DNA of 64,000 nt from an uncultured Bacilli bacterium (GTDB lineage Bacteria > Bacillota_I > Bacilli_A > RF39 > UBA660), in contig CANRGD010000002.1 of NCBI GenBank assembly GCA_947630105.1, positions 258 through 64,257 on the forward strand. Reading direction: 5' to 3'. A program made the translations under genes and the position numbers. Of this stretch, positions 18,840 through 28,255 are shown one piece after another; the stretch's first letter is position 1; each line of letters begins with the position of its first letter. The notes beneath the pieces are model-generated. The model searched no databases and was not told where the DNA came from. It saw only the letters and a list, made by a program, of their open reading frames with translations.

Positions 18840-20640
18840 ACCACGTGGTGCTCGACAAGTCGAGAAAGCTAAAGATTTTAAAAAAACTCTTTTAGAACTT
18901 CTTTCTTATTTAAAAAATTATAAATTTAGATTAATTTTAGTAATATTATTTGCTATTTGTTCAACAGTATTTTTAATTATTGGCCCTAAAATAATGGGAA
19001 ATATTACTACAGAAATATTTAATGGGTTAATAAAAAAGATTTCTAATACGGGATCAATTAATTTTAATTATATAACTAAAACGACTATTTTACTAATATT
19101 ATTATATGGAATTAGTTCTTTATTTTCAGCTATTCAAGGAATTATAATGACTGGTATTTCTAATGATGTTTCTTATAAATTAAGAAATAATTTGAGTAAA
19201 AAAATTAATAAAATTCCTATGAAATATTTTGATAGTAAAACGCATGGAGAAGTTTTATCTATAGTTACAAATGATATTGATACTCTTACAATGTGTTTAA
19301 ATCAATCAGTTACTTCTATTATTAGTGGAGTAGCAACTATTATTGGAGTTTTAATTATGATGATATCTATTAATATTCCAATGACTTTAGCTGCTATATT
19401 AATAGTACCTTTATGTATGTTAATATTAAATAAAGTTGTTAAGTATAGTCAAAAATATTTTGCTATGCAACAAGAATATTTAGGTCATATAAATGGTCAT
19501 GTTGAAGAAATTTATGGTGGACATGATATAGTAAAAGCATTTAATGGAGAAAAGAAGGCTTTAGAAAAATTTACTGATTTAAATAAAACTTTATATAATA
19601 GTGCTTGGAAAAGTCAATTTTTAGGAACTGCTATGCATCCAATAATGCAATTTATTGGTAATTTGGGATATGTTGTAATATCTATTTTGGGTGGATATAT
19701 GGTTATACTTGATAAAATTGAAGTAGGAGAAATTCAATCATTTACTCAATATGTAAGAAATTTTACGCAACAAATAAATCAGTTATCACAAGTTATGGCT
19801 AATATTCAATCAGCTATAGCTGCTAGTGAAAGAGTATTTGAATTTTTACATCTAGAAGAAGAAAAAGAAGTAAGTGCTAAAGGGTTTGATGTAAATACCT
19901 TAAAGGGAAATATTGAATTTAAAAATGTTAATTTTGGCTATAATGCGGATAAAACAATAATTAATGATTTTTCTTGTAAAGTTAAAACTGGTCAAAAAGT
20001 TGCTATTGTAGGACCAACAGGAGCTGGTAAGACAACAATTGTTAAATTATTAATGCATTTTTATGAGTTAAATGGAGGAAAAATTTTAATTGATGGGAAA
20101 GATTTAAATTTATATAATCGACATGAAATACGAAAAGCATTTGGAATGGTTTTACAAGATACTTGGTTATTTAATGGAACTATAAAAGATAATATTAAAT
20201 ATGGAAAGTTAAATGCTTTAGAATCAGAAATAATTACGGCGTGTAAAACAGCTAGTGTTGATCATTTTATAAAAACTTTACCTGATGGATATGATATGGT
20301 TTTAAATGAAGAAGCGGATAATATATCAGGTGGTCAAAAACAGCTTTTAACAATTGCGAGAGTAATTTTAGCAAATCCTAAAATATTAATATTAGATGAA
20401 GCTACTAGTAGTGTTGATACTAGAACTGAAATATTAATTCAAAAAGCAATGGATAAGTTAATGGAAGGAAGAACTAGTTTTATAATAGCTCACCGCTTAT
20501 CAACAATAAAAAATGCAGATTTAATTTTAGTTATGAATAATGGAGATATTGTGGAACAAGGAAACCATGAAGAACTTTTAAAGAAACAGGGATTTTATGC
20601 TAATTTATATAATTCCCAATTTAATGTTGAAGAGGAATAA
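18832..20640 (+). CDS. ABC transporter permease/ATP-binding protein (partner half-transporter)
   Basis: GPTGAGKTT, ISGGQKQLLTIAR and ILILDEATSSVD. Overlaps the upstream ABC gene by 8 nt. Confidence 0.9.
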   Translation: MPRPRGARQVEKAKDFKKTLLELLSYLKNYKFRLILVILFAICSTVFLIIGPKIMGNITTEIFNGLIKKISNTGSINFNYITKTTILLILLYGISSLFSAIQGIIMTGISNDVSYKLRNNLSKKINKIPMKYFDSKTHGEVLSIVTNDIDTLTMCLNQSVTSIISGVATIIGVLIMMISINIPMTLAAILIVPLCMLILNKVVKYSQKYFAMQQEYLGHINGHVEEIYGGHDIVKAFNGEKKALEKFTDLNKTLYNSAWKSQFLGTAMHPIMQFIGNLGYVVISILGGYMVILDKIEVGEIQSFTQYVRNFTQQINQLSQVMANIQSAIAASERVFEFLHLEEEKEVSAKGFDVNTLKGNIEFKNVNFGYNADKTIINDFSCKVKTGQKVAIVGPTGAGKTTIVKLLMHFYELNGGKILIDGKDLNLYNRHEIRKAFGMVLQDTWLFNGTIKDNIKYGKLNALESEIITACKTASVDHFIKTLPDGYDMVLNEEADNISGGQKQLLTIARVILANPKILILDEATSSVDTRTEILIQKAMDKLMEGRTSFIIAHRLSTIKNADLILVMNNGDIVEQGNHEELLKKQGFYANLYNSQFNVEEE

Positions 20641-20719
20641 CCTCTTTTTTTCTTGCTTTAGTATTGTAAAAATTGAAAAAATATATTAAAATTTTATATA
20701 GTATAGGTAAGGTGATTAA

Positions 20720-21607
20720 ATGAATAATGGGGTTAATAATAACATTCAACAGCCAAATATAAATACAACTATGCAACAGCCAACAGTACAATCAGTTAAT
20801 GGAGTAGGCCAAAGTCTTCAACCACAAATGCCACCAATGCCGCAGCAATCACAACCTACTTTAGAAAAACAAAAAAAGACTATAAATATATCTTTAATAC
20901 TTATATTTATAATCCTTTTATTAGCTGGGTTTAGTATTTATTCTTATTTGAACTATAAAAGTGAAATTGCGCGCTTGAATTATGAGTGTAGTCCTGTAAA
21001 GGCAATGGAAGAAGTTAAACTAGATTTAAATTCTACTTTAGTAAAAGATTTATATAATAAAGTTTATACTAATATAAGAGAAGATATTGCTCAATTTAAT
21101 TTAACAGATGAGTTAAAACTTTATTTAGCTTTTAAACAAATTCCTAGTGATAAATTTTATGATTCTAATTGTAATTTGTTTGATCAAACTAGTATGAAAT
21201 TATATTCATGTACAACAGGCGGAGATTTTGTTCCTAAAGCATTTAAGGAAGAAAGTTTACAATTAGAAGTTAAAAAGCTTTTTGGAGAAAAAGTTACTTT
21301 GGAAAATAAAAACATTCAACTTGGTGGTATTTGTTTAGGAGGATACCAATATATTGCCGAAAGAGGAGAATATGTTGAAGGTAACTGTGGTGAATATAAT
21401 TCAACTATTTATCGGGCTGATAAAAAATTAGTAGAAGCTGTAAGTACACAAAATACAATTAAACTTAAAGAAGAAGTACGTTATTATGGTAATGAAAAAA
21501 ATCCTATTCCTGATTATTTAAAAAGTGGAGATTATATTTATACATTTAGATTAGATACTAATTATAATTATGTGTATGTTAATAAAGAATATGTAGAAAA
21601 ATATTAA
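20720..21607 (+). CDS. Hypothetical single-pass membrane protein with a Gln/Pro-rich N-terminus
   Basis: ORF with a GGTGA RBS, a Q/P-rich cytoplasmic head, one TM segment and a ~210-aa outside domain. Confidence 0.6.
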   Translation: MNNGVNNNIQQPNINTTMQQPTVQSVNGVGQSLQPQMPPMPQQSQPTLEKQKKTINISLILIFIILLLAGFSIYSYLNYKSEIARLNYECSPVKAMEEVKLDLNSTLVKDLYNKVYTNIREDIAQFNLTDELKLYLAFKQIPSDKFYDSNCNLFDQTSMKLYSCTTGGDFVPKAFKEESLQLEVKKLFGEKVTLENKNIQLGGICLGGYQYIAERGEYVEGNCGEYNSTIYRADKKLVEAVSTQNTIKLKEEVRYYGNEKNPIPDYLKSGDYIYTFRLDTNYNYVYVNKEYVEKY

Positions 21608-21621
21608 GAAGGTGAAAAATA

Positions 21622-22152
21622 ATGGAAATAAAAAAGATAGTAACAGGAGTGCTTGATGAAAACTGTTATGTATTAATAAAAAATAATACCTGTTTAATAG
21701 TAGATCCAGGTGATGATTATGCTAAAATTAAAGCGGAGATAAAAGACTCTAAAGTATTGGGAGTATTAATTACTCATTCTCATTTTGATCATATAGGAGC
21801 TCTTAGAAATTTCTTAACAAAAAGAAGTATTAAAATTTTTAAAAGAAGCAATGTAGAAGAAAATAAAATTTATAATATTGGAGATTTTTCTTTTAAATGT
21901 TTATATACTCCAGGACATTCTAAAGATTCTGTAACTTTTTATTTTGAAGATGAGGAATGTATGTTTATTGGTGATTTTATTTTTAAAGATTCTATTGGAA
22001 GAACTGATTTACCAGGTGGAGATCAAAAAGAAATGCAACAAAGTATTGATAAACTTTTAACTATAGATAAGGATGTAAAATTATATCCAGGTCATTATGA
22101 AGAAACAACATTAAATGAAGAAAGAAAAAACAATGAATATTTAAAAAAATAA
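21622..22152 (+). CDS. MBL-fold metallo-hydrolase
   Basis: THSHFDHIG (HxHxDH) motif, later PGHS and a second His near the C-terminus. Confidence 0.85.
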   Translation: MEIKKIVTGVLDENCYVLIKNNTCLIVDPGDDYAKIKAEIKDSKVLGVLITHSHFDHIGALRNFLTKRSIKIFKRSNVEENKIYNIGDFSFKCLYTPGHSKDSVTFYFEDEECMFIGDFIFKDSIGRTDLPGGDQKEMQQSIDKLLTIDKDVKLYPGHYEETTLNEERKNNEYLKK

Positions 22153-22176
22153 ATAGTAGTAAAAACTACTATTTTT
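22152..22176. terminator. Bidirectional terminator hairpin between convergent genes
   Basis: 9-bp stem AATAGTAGT / ACTACTATT with loop AAAA, flanked by A-runs and T-runs. Confidence 0.6.
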
Positions 22177-22261
22177 ATATGAAAAATAAGGTGCTTATAA
22201 ATCCGATTATCATTGCTAGTACCATAATAATAGAAACTATTTTAATTACTTTATCGCTCAT
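22175..22261 (-). CDS. Putative 28-aa hydrophobic micro-protein
   Basis: MSDKVIKIVSIIMVLAMIIGFISTLFFI, preceded by an AAAGAGGTGA RBS and a TTTACT-17-TATAAT promoter. Below the ORF-track size cut-off. Confidence 0.4.
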   Translation of the reverse strand: MSDKVIKIVSIIMVLAMIIGFISTLFFI

Positions 22262-22363
22262 AATATTCACCTCTTTAATAATTATAAAATAATTGTCCAA
22301 AAAAGTAAATTTATTTTTTGCATGTATTGTCTATTTAAATAATAAAATTTGATAGGTGATATT

Positions 22364-22969
22364 ATGGTAAAAAAGATAATAGTAAGATTCAAAGCAAATA
22401 AAATTTTAGCAATTTTATGTATATTAACTATAGTAGCTTTATTATTAGGAATATTTTATATTACAATTTTAAATAAAGCTAATAAAAATTTGATTTATGA
22501 AAATAGTAATAATTATCTAAATTATATAAGGAATAATAAAGTTAATAATTTAAAAACTTTTGGTAATGCTTTTATTGCAGGAGAAAGTATAGTTATAGTT
22601 GATTGGTTATTAGGTATTTCTTTAATAGGAATTCCTATAGTTATTTTTATTTTGTTGTTTAAGAGTTTTTTAACTAGTTTTACTTTTATTTCTATATTAT
22701 ATAATTTTAAATTGAAAGGAATATTATTTGCAGGGGTATATATAATACCATTAATTTTTAATTTACTGATTTTATTTTTATTAACATATTATTCAATAAA
22801 CTTTTCAGTGATGATTTTTAATTATTTTTTTAGAAAAAAAGAATATAATCGGAGAGTTATTGTAAAAAGATATTCTAAGGTATTATTTTTAAGTTTTATA
22901 GCTGTACTTATAGCTAGTTTAATGGAAGGTTTTATGGTTCCTTATGTTTTAAAATTTATTTATTTTTAA
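22364..22969 (+). CDS. spoIIM: Stage II sporulation protein M
   Basis: WLLGISLIGIPIVIFILLFKSFLTSFTF and the C-terminal VLIASLMEGFMVPYVLKF closely parallel the conserved core of B. subtilis SpoIIM as I recall it. Size and TM pattern fit. Confidence 0.7.
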   Translation: MVKKIIVRFKANKILAILCILTIVALLLGIFYITILNKANKNLIYENSNNYLNYIRNNKVNNLKTFGNAFIAGESIVIVDWLLGISLIGIPIVIFILLFKSFLTSFTFISILYNFKLKGILFAGVYIIPLIFNLLILFLLTYYSINFSVMIFNYFFRKKEYNRRVIVKRYSKVLFLSFIAVLIASLMEGFMVPYVLKFIYF

Positions 22970-23005
22970 GAAGAGTTACTTTTTTTAAAAATGTAAATTT
23001 TACAC

Positions 23006-23034
23006 TTGATTATTTACATCTATTTGTCTATAAT
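23006..23034 (+). promoter_or_regulatory. Sigma-A type promoter (TTGATT-17-TATAAT) flanked by a TGTAAAT/ATTTACA inverted repeat
   Basis: TTGATT at 23006-23011 and TATAAT at 23029-23034. The inverted-repeat arms lie at about 22992-22998 and 23012-23018. Confidence 0.55.
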
Positions 23035-23053
23035 TGTAATAGGAGGGTAAAAC

Positions 23054-23821
23054 ATGAAAGATTTAAATTTAATACTTACAGAATTAGGAATTAGTAAAGT
23101 TCGCTTAGCAAAATATTTGGGTGTTTCTAGACAAATGTTATATAATTATTTAGGTTTAGATGATATAAGTAAATGGCCTAAAGAAAAATCTGCGAAATTA
23201 CTAAGTTTATTGAATATTAATGAAATTAGTGAATTAGATAAGATAAAAATTACTGGTGAATATATAATTGAAGTTGAAAATAGATTAAATGAAGGGGTAA
23301 AAGATTCTGGTAATAAAGAAGTAATTGCTGATTTGAAAGGTTTTAATAAAAAGGAACAAGAACTTTTATCAGATATTATTAATTTATTAAAAGAAAAGTT
23401 GGCCCAGGATAAGACTAAAGAAACTTTTAATACTTACTTATATTTATTTCATTTTTTACAATCTATGGAAACAACTGAGGAGTTAAAATTTATTTTAGCC
23501 TATATGTCTAAATCTTTAGGATTTACGGATCCATTAGAATTTAATTTTAATAAAGATAAACAATTTATATTTGAAAGCATTATGTTTAGTGCTCTTACAC
23601 TATATAATAATGGGGGAGCTTCAAAGAATAAATTAAGTGAATCACATAAGAGATTTGTTCAAAATATTGAAGCTAAAAAAGAGGAAAAATTATCTCGTAC
23701 TCAAGAGTTAAATACTGTTAAAATTCAAGCTTTAAAAGAGTTAGGTTATACAGAAATTAATGAAGAAAATGCTAAAGAAGTATTTGAAAAAATTGCTGAA
23801 ATTCAATCGCGTAAAGTATAA
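23054..23821 (+). CDS. HTH domain protein (XRE-like N-terminus, helical C-terminal region)
   Basis: LTELGISKVRLAKYLGVSRQMLYNYLG helix-turn-helix. AGGAGGG RBS. Confidence 0.65.
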   Translation: MKDLNLILTELGISKVRLAKYLGVSRQMLYNYLGLDDISKWPKEKSAKLLSLLNINEISELDKIKITGEYIIEVENRLNEGVKDSGNKEVIADLKGFNKKEQELLSDIINLLKEKLAQDKTKETFNTYLYLFHFLQSMETTEELKFILAYMSKSLGFTDPLEFNFNKDKQFIFESIMFSALTLYNNGGASKNKLSESHKRFVQNIEAKKEEKLSRTQELNTVKIQALKELGYTEINEENAKEVFEKIAEIQSRKV

Positions 23822-23846
23822 GAGAGTAGGGGATTATTAAAATAAA

Positions 23847-23884
23847 AAAAGCATTATATTTAGATAAATAAATATAGTGCTTTT
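23847..23884. terminator. Bidirectional terminator between convergent genes
   Basis: 15-bp stem AAAAGCATTATATTT / AAATATAGTGCTTTT (one G-U pair) with an 8-nt loop. Confidence 0.7.
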
Positions 23885-23906
23885 AATTTGGAATTTATGA
23901 ATATTA

Positions 23907-24443
23907 TTAATTATCTTTAGAAGTTGTATTAGTTATAGTTTTAATTATTTTATTTATTACATAAGAAGTTTCATTAGGATAATTAGGATAAAATTTTAAT
24001 AAAGGTATTCCAATTTCATTACAAATTTGTTGAACTTTTATATCTCGTGCTTGTCTTTTTTTAATTTTATGAGTATTATCATTTAATTCTATTAATACTA
24101 ATACTTTTTTATAATCTTTATCAAAGATTGCAAAATCAATATTTCTAAATAAATCAGTATAATAGTAATTATTATTAATTTTTTTAACAATACTAGCTAA
24201 ATTAAGTTGAGGGATAATTCTATAATTATATTTACTTTCTTCTAATACTTTAATTTTATTATAAAAATCTCTTTCGACTATAGTCATAAAGTCCTTTTTT
24301 TCATAGGTTAATTTTCTTTTTTCAATATCTTTATTTTTAAAGAAAAATAATTTTAAGATATTAACTAGAATGGTAATAATACCAAGCCAAAAGACGATTA
24401 AGAAAATACTAATGTTAAAGATAATATTTTTAATTATTTCCAT
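23907..24443 (-). CDS. DUF2726-like (restriction-endonuclease-fold) membrane-anchored protein
   Basis: N-terminal TM segment, then DFAIFDKDYKKVLVLIELNDNTHKIKKRQARD, a D...E-x-D/N...K type nuclease-fold core as in DUF2726. Confidence 0.5.
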   Translation of the reverse strand: MEIIKNIIFNISIFLIVFWLGIITILVNILKLFFFKNKDIEKRKLTYEKKDFMTIVERDFYNKIKVLEESKYNYRIIPQLNLASIVKKINNNYYYTDLFRNIDFAIFDKDYKKVLVLIELNDNTHKIKKRQARDIKVQQICNEIGIPLLKFYPNYPNETSYVINKIIKTITNTTSKDN

Positions 24444-24917
24444 TATTAATCACCTGGATCTATTCCTGTATTTTTATATGATTTTATGTTTATTATTAAC
24501 TTCCTATAATTGATATTATGTTAACTTCTGTATATTTTTCTTTTATTTTTTAATAAAATATTATTATATATAAGTTAAATATTATAGATTAATTAATTTA
24601 ATTATACTTCTCTTCTATTATAGTTATAATAAATATTAATTTAGGAATTATAAATTATTAATTAATTTTAGCTAAATTTTCAATTTTTTTAAACTTATTT
24701 TTAAATTATATATTTATTTAATTAATAACTATATCTTAATATCTTTATATTTAACTATAATATATATAATAATATAAATATATAATATATAGATGTATTT
24801 TAATTAAATTTAGTGATGAACTATCCACTTTTATAAAAATAAATTGCTTAAAATGCATTTTAATTTTTAAGTATATATTCTTAGTATTTTATAAATACTA
24901 ATATTGGAGGGATGTTT

Positions 24918-25124
24918 ATGCAGAATAATTTAATTAAGTGTGATGTTAATAGCTGCAATCACAATAATATAAAAGAGGGGACTTGTCAGTTAGAAAAAAT
25001 ACAAGTATCTTGTACTTGTAATAAAGATAAATGTTCTAATTGTTTGGAAACTATTTGTGAGAGTTTTGAAACTACAGGAGGAGTAATTACTGATAATGAA
25101 TATGAAGTAACTTCAGAAATCTAA
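24918..25124 (+). CDS. DUF1540-like small Cys-rich protein
   Basis: CDVNSCNHNNIKEGTCQLEKIQVS followed by a second Cys-rich half. Start taken at the second ATG, 6 nt after GGAGGG. Confidence 0.65.
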   Translation: MQNNLIKCDVNSCNHNNIKEGTCQLEKIQVSCTCNKDKCSNCLETICESFETTGGVITDNEYEVTSEI

Positions 25125-25163
25125 GTCTGGGTTACTTTTTTTATTTTCTACTCCCCTTCTCTT

Positions 25164-26330
25164 TTATATTAATTCATCTAAAATGGAAGTTCCAATTTCT
25201 GGTTGTTCTACAGCAAAGTTAGCAGCAATTGTTGCCCCAATATTAGCAAGTGTTTCAAATTGAGGTAAGCGTTTAGGCTCTTTAAAATTACGACTATATA
25301 TAATAACAGGAACATTTTCTCTCGTATGATCATTGCCTTTAAAGGTTGGATCGTTACCATGGTCAGCAGTTATAATTAATAAATCATCAAGTTCTAGTTT
25401 ATTTAAAATAATAGGAATATCAACATCTAATTCTTCAATGGCCTTGGCATATCCTTCTACATCTCTAGAATGGCCATATAAACTATCAAAGTCAGCTAAA
25501 TTTACCATACATAAACCAGTAAACTTTTTATCCATAATATCAGTTAATTTATTTATAGCTTCAGTGTTATTACTGGCTTTAATGTTTTTATTTATTCCTT
25601 GACCATCAAAAATATCATTTATTTTACCAATACCTATGACGTTATAATTGGCTTCTAATAGGCTATCTAAAACAGTTTTTTTAGGTGGTTTAACGGCATA
25701 ATCTCGTCTACTAGTTGTTAGTAGTTTATATTTACCAGGAGTGCCTGTAAAGGGACGAGCAATGATTCTTCCAATACGCCAATCTTCTTTTAAAGTTAGG
25801 GCTCTTATTTTTTCACAGTATTCATATAATTGATTTATAGATATACTATCTTCATGAGCTGCGACTTGTAAATCAGAATCAGCAGAAGTATATATTATTA
25901 AAGAACCATAATTTACTTGTCTTTCTCCTAATTCTTGAATAATGGAGTCATCATTACAACATTTATTGCCAATAACATGTCTACCAGTAATTTCTTCTAT
26001 ACCTACTAAAATATCATAGACAAAGCCATTATTAAATGTTTTAAAAGGAACATCATTTTTTATACCTACCATTTCATAATGTCCATTTAGGGTATCTTTA
26101 CCAGCATTTATAGGTTTGGCAATTGTATAATAAGCTTCAACAGAAGAATTTTCACTTAAATTTAGGGTATCTAAAAAACCAATCTTTTTTAAATTAGGGA
26201 TAAATAAATCATAGTTTTCGTTAATATGACCTAAAGTATTAGCTCCATTATCTCCAAAGTTAATAGCATCAGTTGTCTCCCCTACTCCTAATGAGTCTAA
26301 AACCATTAAAAATATTCTTTTAAATTTCAT
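25164..26330 (-). CDS. deoB: Phosphopentomutase
   Basis: N-terminus MKFKRIFLMVLDSLGVGE and the C-terminal ITADHGNDPT...HTRENVP motif. Confidence 0.92.
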   Translation of the reverse strand: MKFKRIFLMVLDSLGVGETTDAINFGDNGANTLGHINENYDLFIPNLKKIGFLDTLNLSENSSVEAYYTIAKPINAGKDTLNGHYEMVGIKNDVPFKTFNNGFVYDILVGIEEITGRHVIGNKCCNDDSIIQELGERQVNYGSLIIYTSADSDLQVAAHEDSISINQLYEYCEKIRALTLKEDWRIGRIIARPFTGTPGKYKLLTTSRRDYAVKPPKKTVLDSLLEANYNVIGIGKINDIFDGQGINKNIKASNNTEAINKLTDIMDKKFTGLCMVNLADFDSLYGHSRDVEGYAKAIEELDVDIPIILNKLELDDLLIITADHGNDPTFKGNDHTRENVPVIIYSRNFKEPKRLPQFETLANIGATIAANFAVEQPEIGTSILDELI

Positions 26331-26341
26331 ATAAGTTCTCC

Positions 26342-27229
26342 TTATTTATGACTGCGTGGGTGATATTTATTGTAATCACTTTTTACTTTATCAGCACTTA
26401 CTTCGGTATATATTTTGGTTGTTGAAATATCAGCATGTCCTAACATTTCTTGTATACTTCTAAGATCTGCTCCCCTATTTACTAAATGGGTGGCGAATGA
26501 ATGTCTTAAAGTATGAGGTGATATATCTTGATTTAGACCTTTTTCTTTTAAAATATGTTTTAAAGTTTTAAAAAAACCTTGTCTAGTAAGAGCCATACCG
26601 TGATTATTAAGAAATAATTTAGAACAGCTTTTTTCTTTTAATAAAAGATTACGTTTTTCAAGATATAATTTTAAATAATATATAGCATATTCTCCTAGAG
26701 GAATATCTCTTTCTTTATTTCCTTTGCCTAATATTCGAATAAGGCAATTCGTAGTATCGATATCTGTTAGTTCTAAATTAATTAATTCACTAACTCTTAG
26801 CCCACACCCATACATTAATTCTAACATAGCTTTATTCCTGTAGTCAAATGGAGTTACTAAGTTAATATCTAGCAATTTATCAATATCTTCTAAAGACATA
26901 TATCTAGGTAAAGTTTTTCGTAATTTTGGTCTATCAATAAATTCAGCGACATTAATTGATACTAATTTTTGGCGTAATAAATAAGAATGGAAATTTTTAA
27001 TTACAGTTAAATTATGGGCTACTGTAGTAGGAGATTTTCTATTTCTTTCTTTTAGAAAAGCTTTAATATCAGAACTTGTTATTTTATTAATAGTTGTAAT
27101 GGAATTTTCTAAAAGAAAATTTTTATATATAGATAAATCATTATAATAGGAAGCTTTGGTTTTATCTGATAAACCTTTTTCAAATATACAATAATTTATA
27201 AATTCATCAATGGCATCTGTTATATTCAT
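26342..27229 (-). CDS. xerD: Site-specific tyrosine recombinase XerD
   Basis: The R..HxxR..Y catalytic set (HTLRHSFATHL, LGHADISTTKIYTEV), a 295-aa length and the conserved xerD-deoB neighbourhood of Firmicutes. Confidence 0.8.
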   Translation of the reverse strand: MNITDAIDEFINYCIFEKGLSDKTKASYYNDLSIYKNFLLENSITTINKITSSDIKAFLKERNRKSPTTVAHNLTVIKNFHSYLLRQKLVSINVAEFIDRPKLRKTLPRYMSLEDIDKLLDINLVTPFDYRNKAMLELMYGCGLRVSELINLELTDIDTTNCLIRILGKGNKERDIPLGEYAIYYLKLYLEKRNLLLKEKSCSKLFLNNHGMALTRQGFFKTLKHILKEKGLNQDISPHTLRHSFATHLVNRGADLRSIQEMLGHADISTTKIYTEVSADKVKSDYNKYHPRSHK

Positions 27230-27319
27230 TTAATCACCCTTTTATGAAATAAGTATAATAAAGTATTATTAAAATTTCAAATAAATTATTTTTCTAAAGA
27301 AAAGAAAGCATTAGCTTTC

Positions 27320-28255
27320 TTACATATTAAGAATAAATAATTCTATTAAGAAATTAGCATCTACATCTTGGGTCTTTACTTTTAAATCAATATCTTGAAG
27401 TTTGATCATTAAAGATAATAATTCTTCTTCCGTATAATATTTAGTTAACTCTTTTGTTTTATTAATACGATAGTCAGATTTTTCTTTTAAGATAGTAGCA
27501 ATTTCTTTAGTAGTTAATCTTTTCTTTTCTAAAACTTTAACTTGATATAATATTCTAATTTGGCTTGCTAATAAGCCTACTATACTTATTGGCTCAATTT
27601 GATGAGATAATAACTCTTGATATTTTATTAAAGCTTGTTTTTTGTCTTTTTCAGCTAAAGCTCTAGTAAAAGCAAAAGTTAAATCTTTAGAGTCAACTAG
27701 TTTTTCTTCAACTAATTCTTTAACATCTTCGACAGTAATTTTTTTTTCGCTCATTTTATAATCTTTTAGTTTTAGACATTCATTACTTAATCTAGTTAAA
27801 TCATTTTTCGTATAGTCAATTAGTAAATCTAAGGCTTTTATATCAAGATCATAATTAGTAAATTGATCTTTTATAAATTGCTTAATATTAAACTGACATT
27901 CAATATAAGTACAACTTTTTTTTAACTCTTTAGTTAGTTTTAAAGTATTATTTAATTTAGTAGCGCATATTATTAATAAATTATCTTTAGTAGCATTTTC
28001 TATATATTTTAATAAATGTTTGATATCATCTTTATTATCTTCTTGAGAAAGAGATTCTATTTTTTTTATAATTATAACTTTTTTAGGAGTTAAAAAACTA
28101 TATGTATCTAAATCTTCTAAGGCGGCAGCTAAAGTAGTTTCTTCTAAATCATAAGTATTAATAGTTGCGTCTAAAAAGTCAGTATCTTTTATTATTTTTG
28201 CTATTTCTTTTTGTAAGGAAAGGGAGTCTAAACTTTCTAATAAATAACTAGGCAT
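27320..28255 (-). CDS. holA: DNA polymerase III delta subunit
   Basis: The overall pattern matches HolA. It has an N-terminal YLLES region and a mid-protein DLTRLSNECLKL. The C-terminal domain carries IEPISIVGLLASQIRILYQVK and LQDIDLKVKT...FLIELFIL. Confidence 0.7.
   Translation of the reverse strand: MPSYLLESLDSLSLQKEIAKIIKDTDFLDATINTYDLEETTLAAALEDLDTYSFLTPKKVIIIKKIESLSQEDNKDDIKHLLKYIENATKDNLLIICATKLNNTLKLTKELKKSCTYIECQFNIKQFIKDQFTNYDLDIKALDLLIDYTKNDLTRLSNECLKLKDYKMSEKKITVEDVKELVEEKLVDSKDLTFAFTRALAEKDKKQALIKYQELLSHQIEPISIVGLLASQIRILYQVKVLEKKRLTTKEIATILKEKSDYRINKTKELTKYYTEEELLSLMIKLQDIDLKVKTQDVDANFLIELFILNM

Noticed and set aside
23054-24443. HTH protein plus DUF2726 nuclease-fold protein as a toxin-antitoxin or defence pair
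   Set aside because: The genes are convergent and separated by a strong bidirectional terminator, so they are not co-transcribed. There is no further supporting context.
24444-24911. Possible CRISPR array, replication origin or mobile-element scar in the long AT-rich gap
   Set aside because: I could not find regularly spaced direct repeats, DnaA-box-like 9-mers (TTATCCACA and variants) or terminal inverted repeats. It is kept only as a low-interest compositional oddity.
26342-27229. Tyrosine recombinase as a marker of an integrated mobile element
   Set aside because: The sequence has the XerD-type catalytic motifs and sits in the conserved xerD-deoB housekeeping context. There are no att-like repeats or cargo genes around it.
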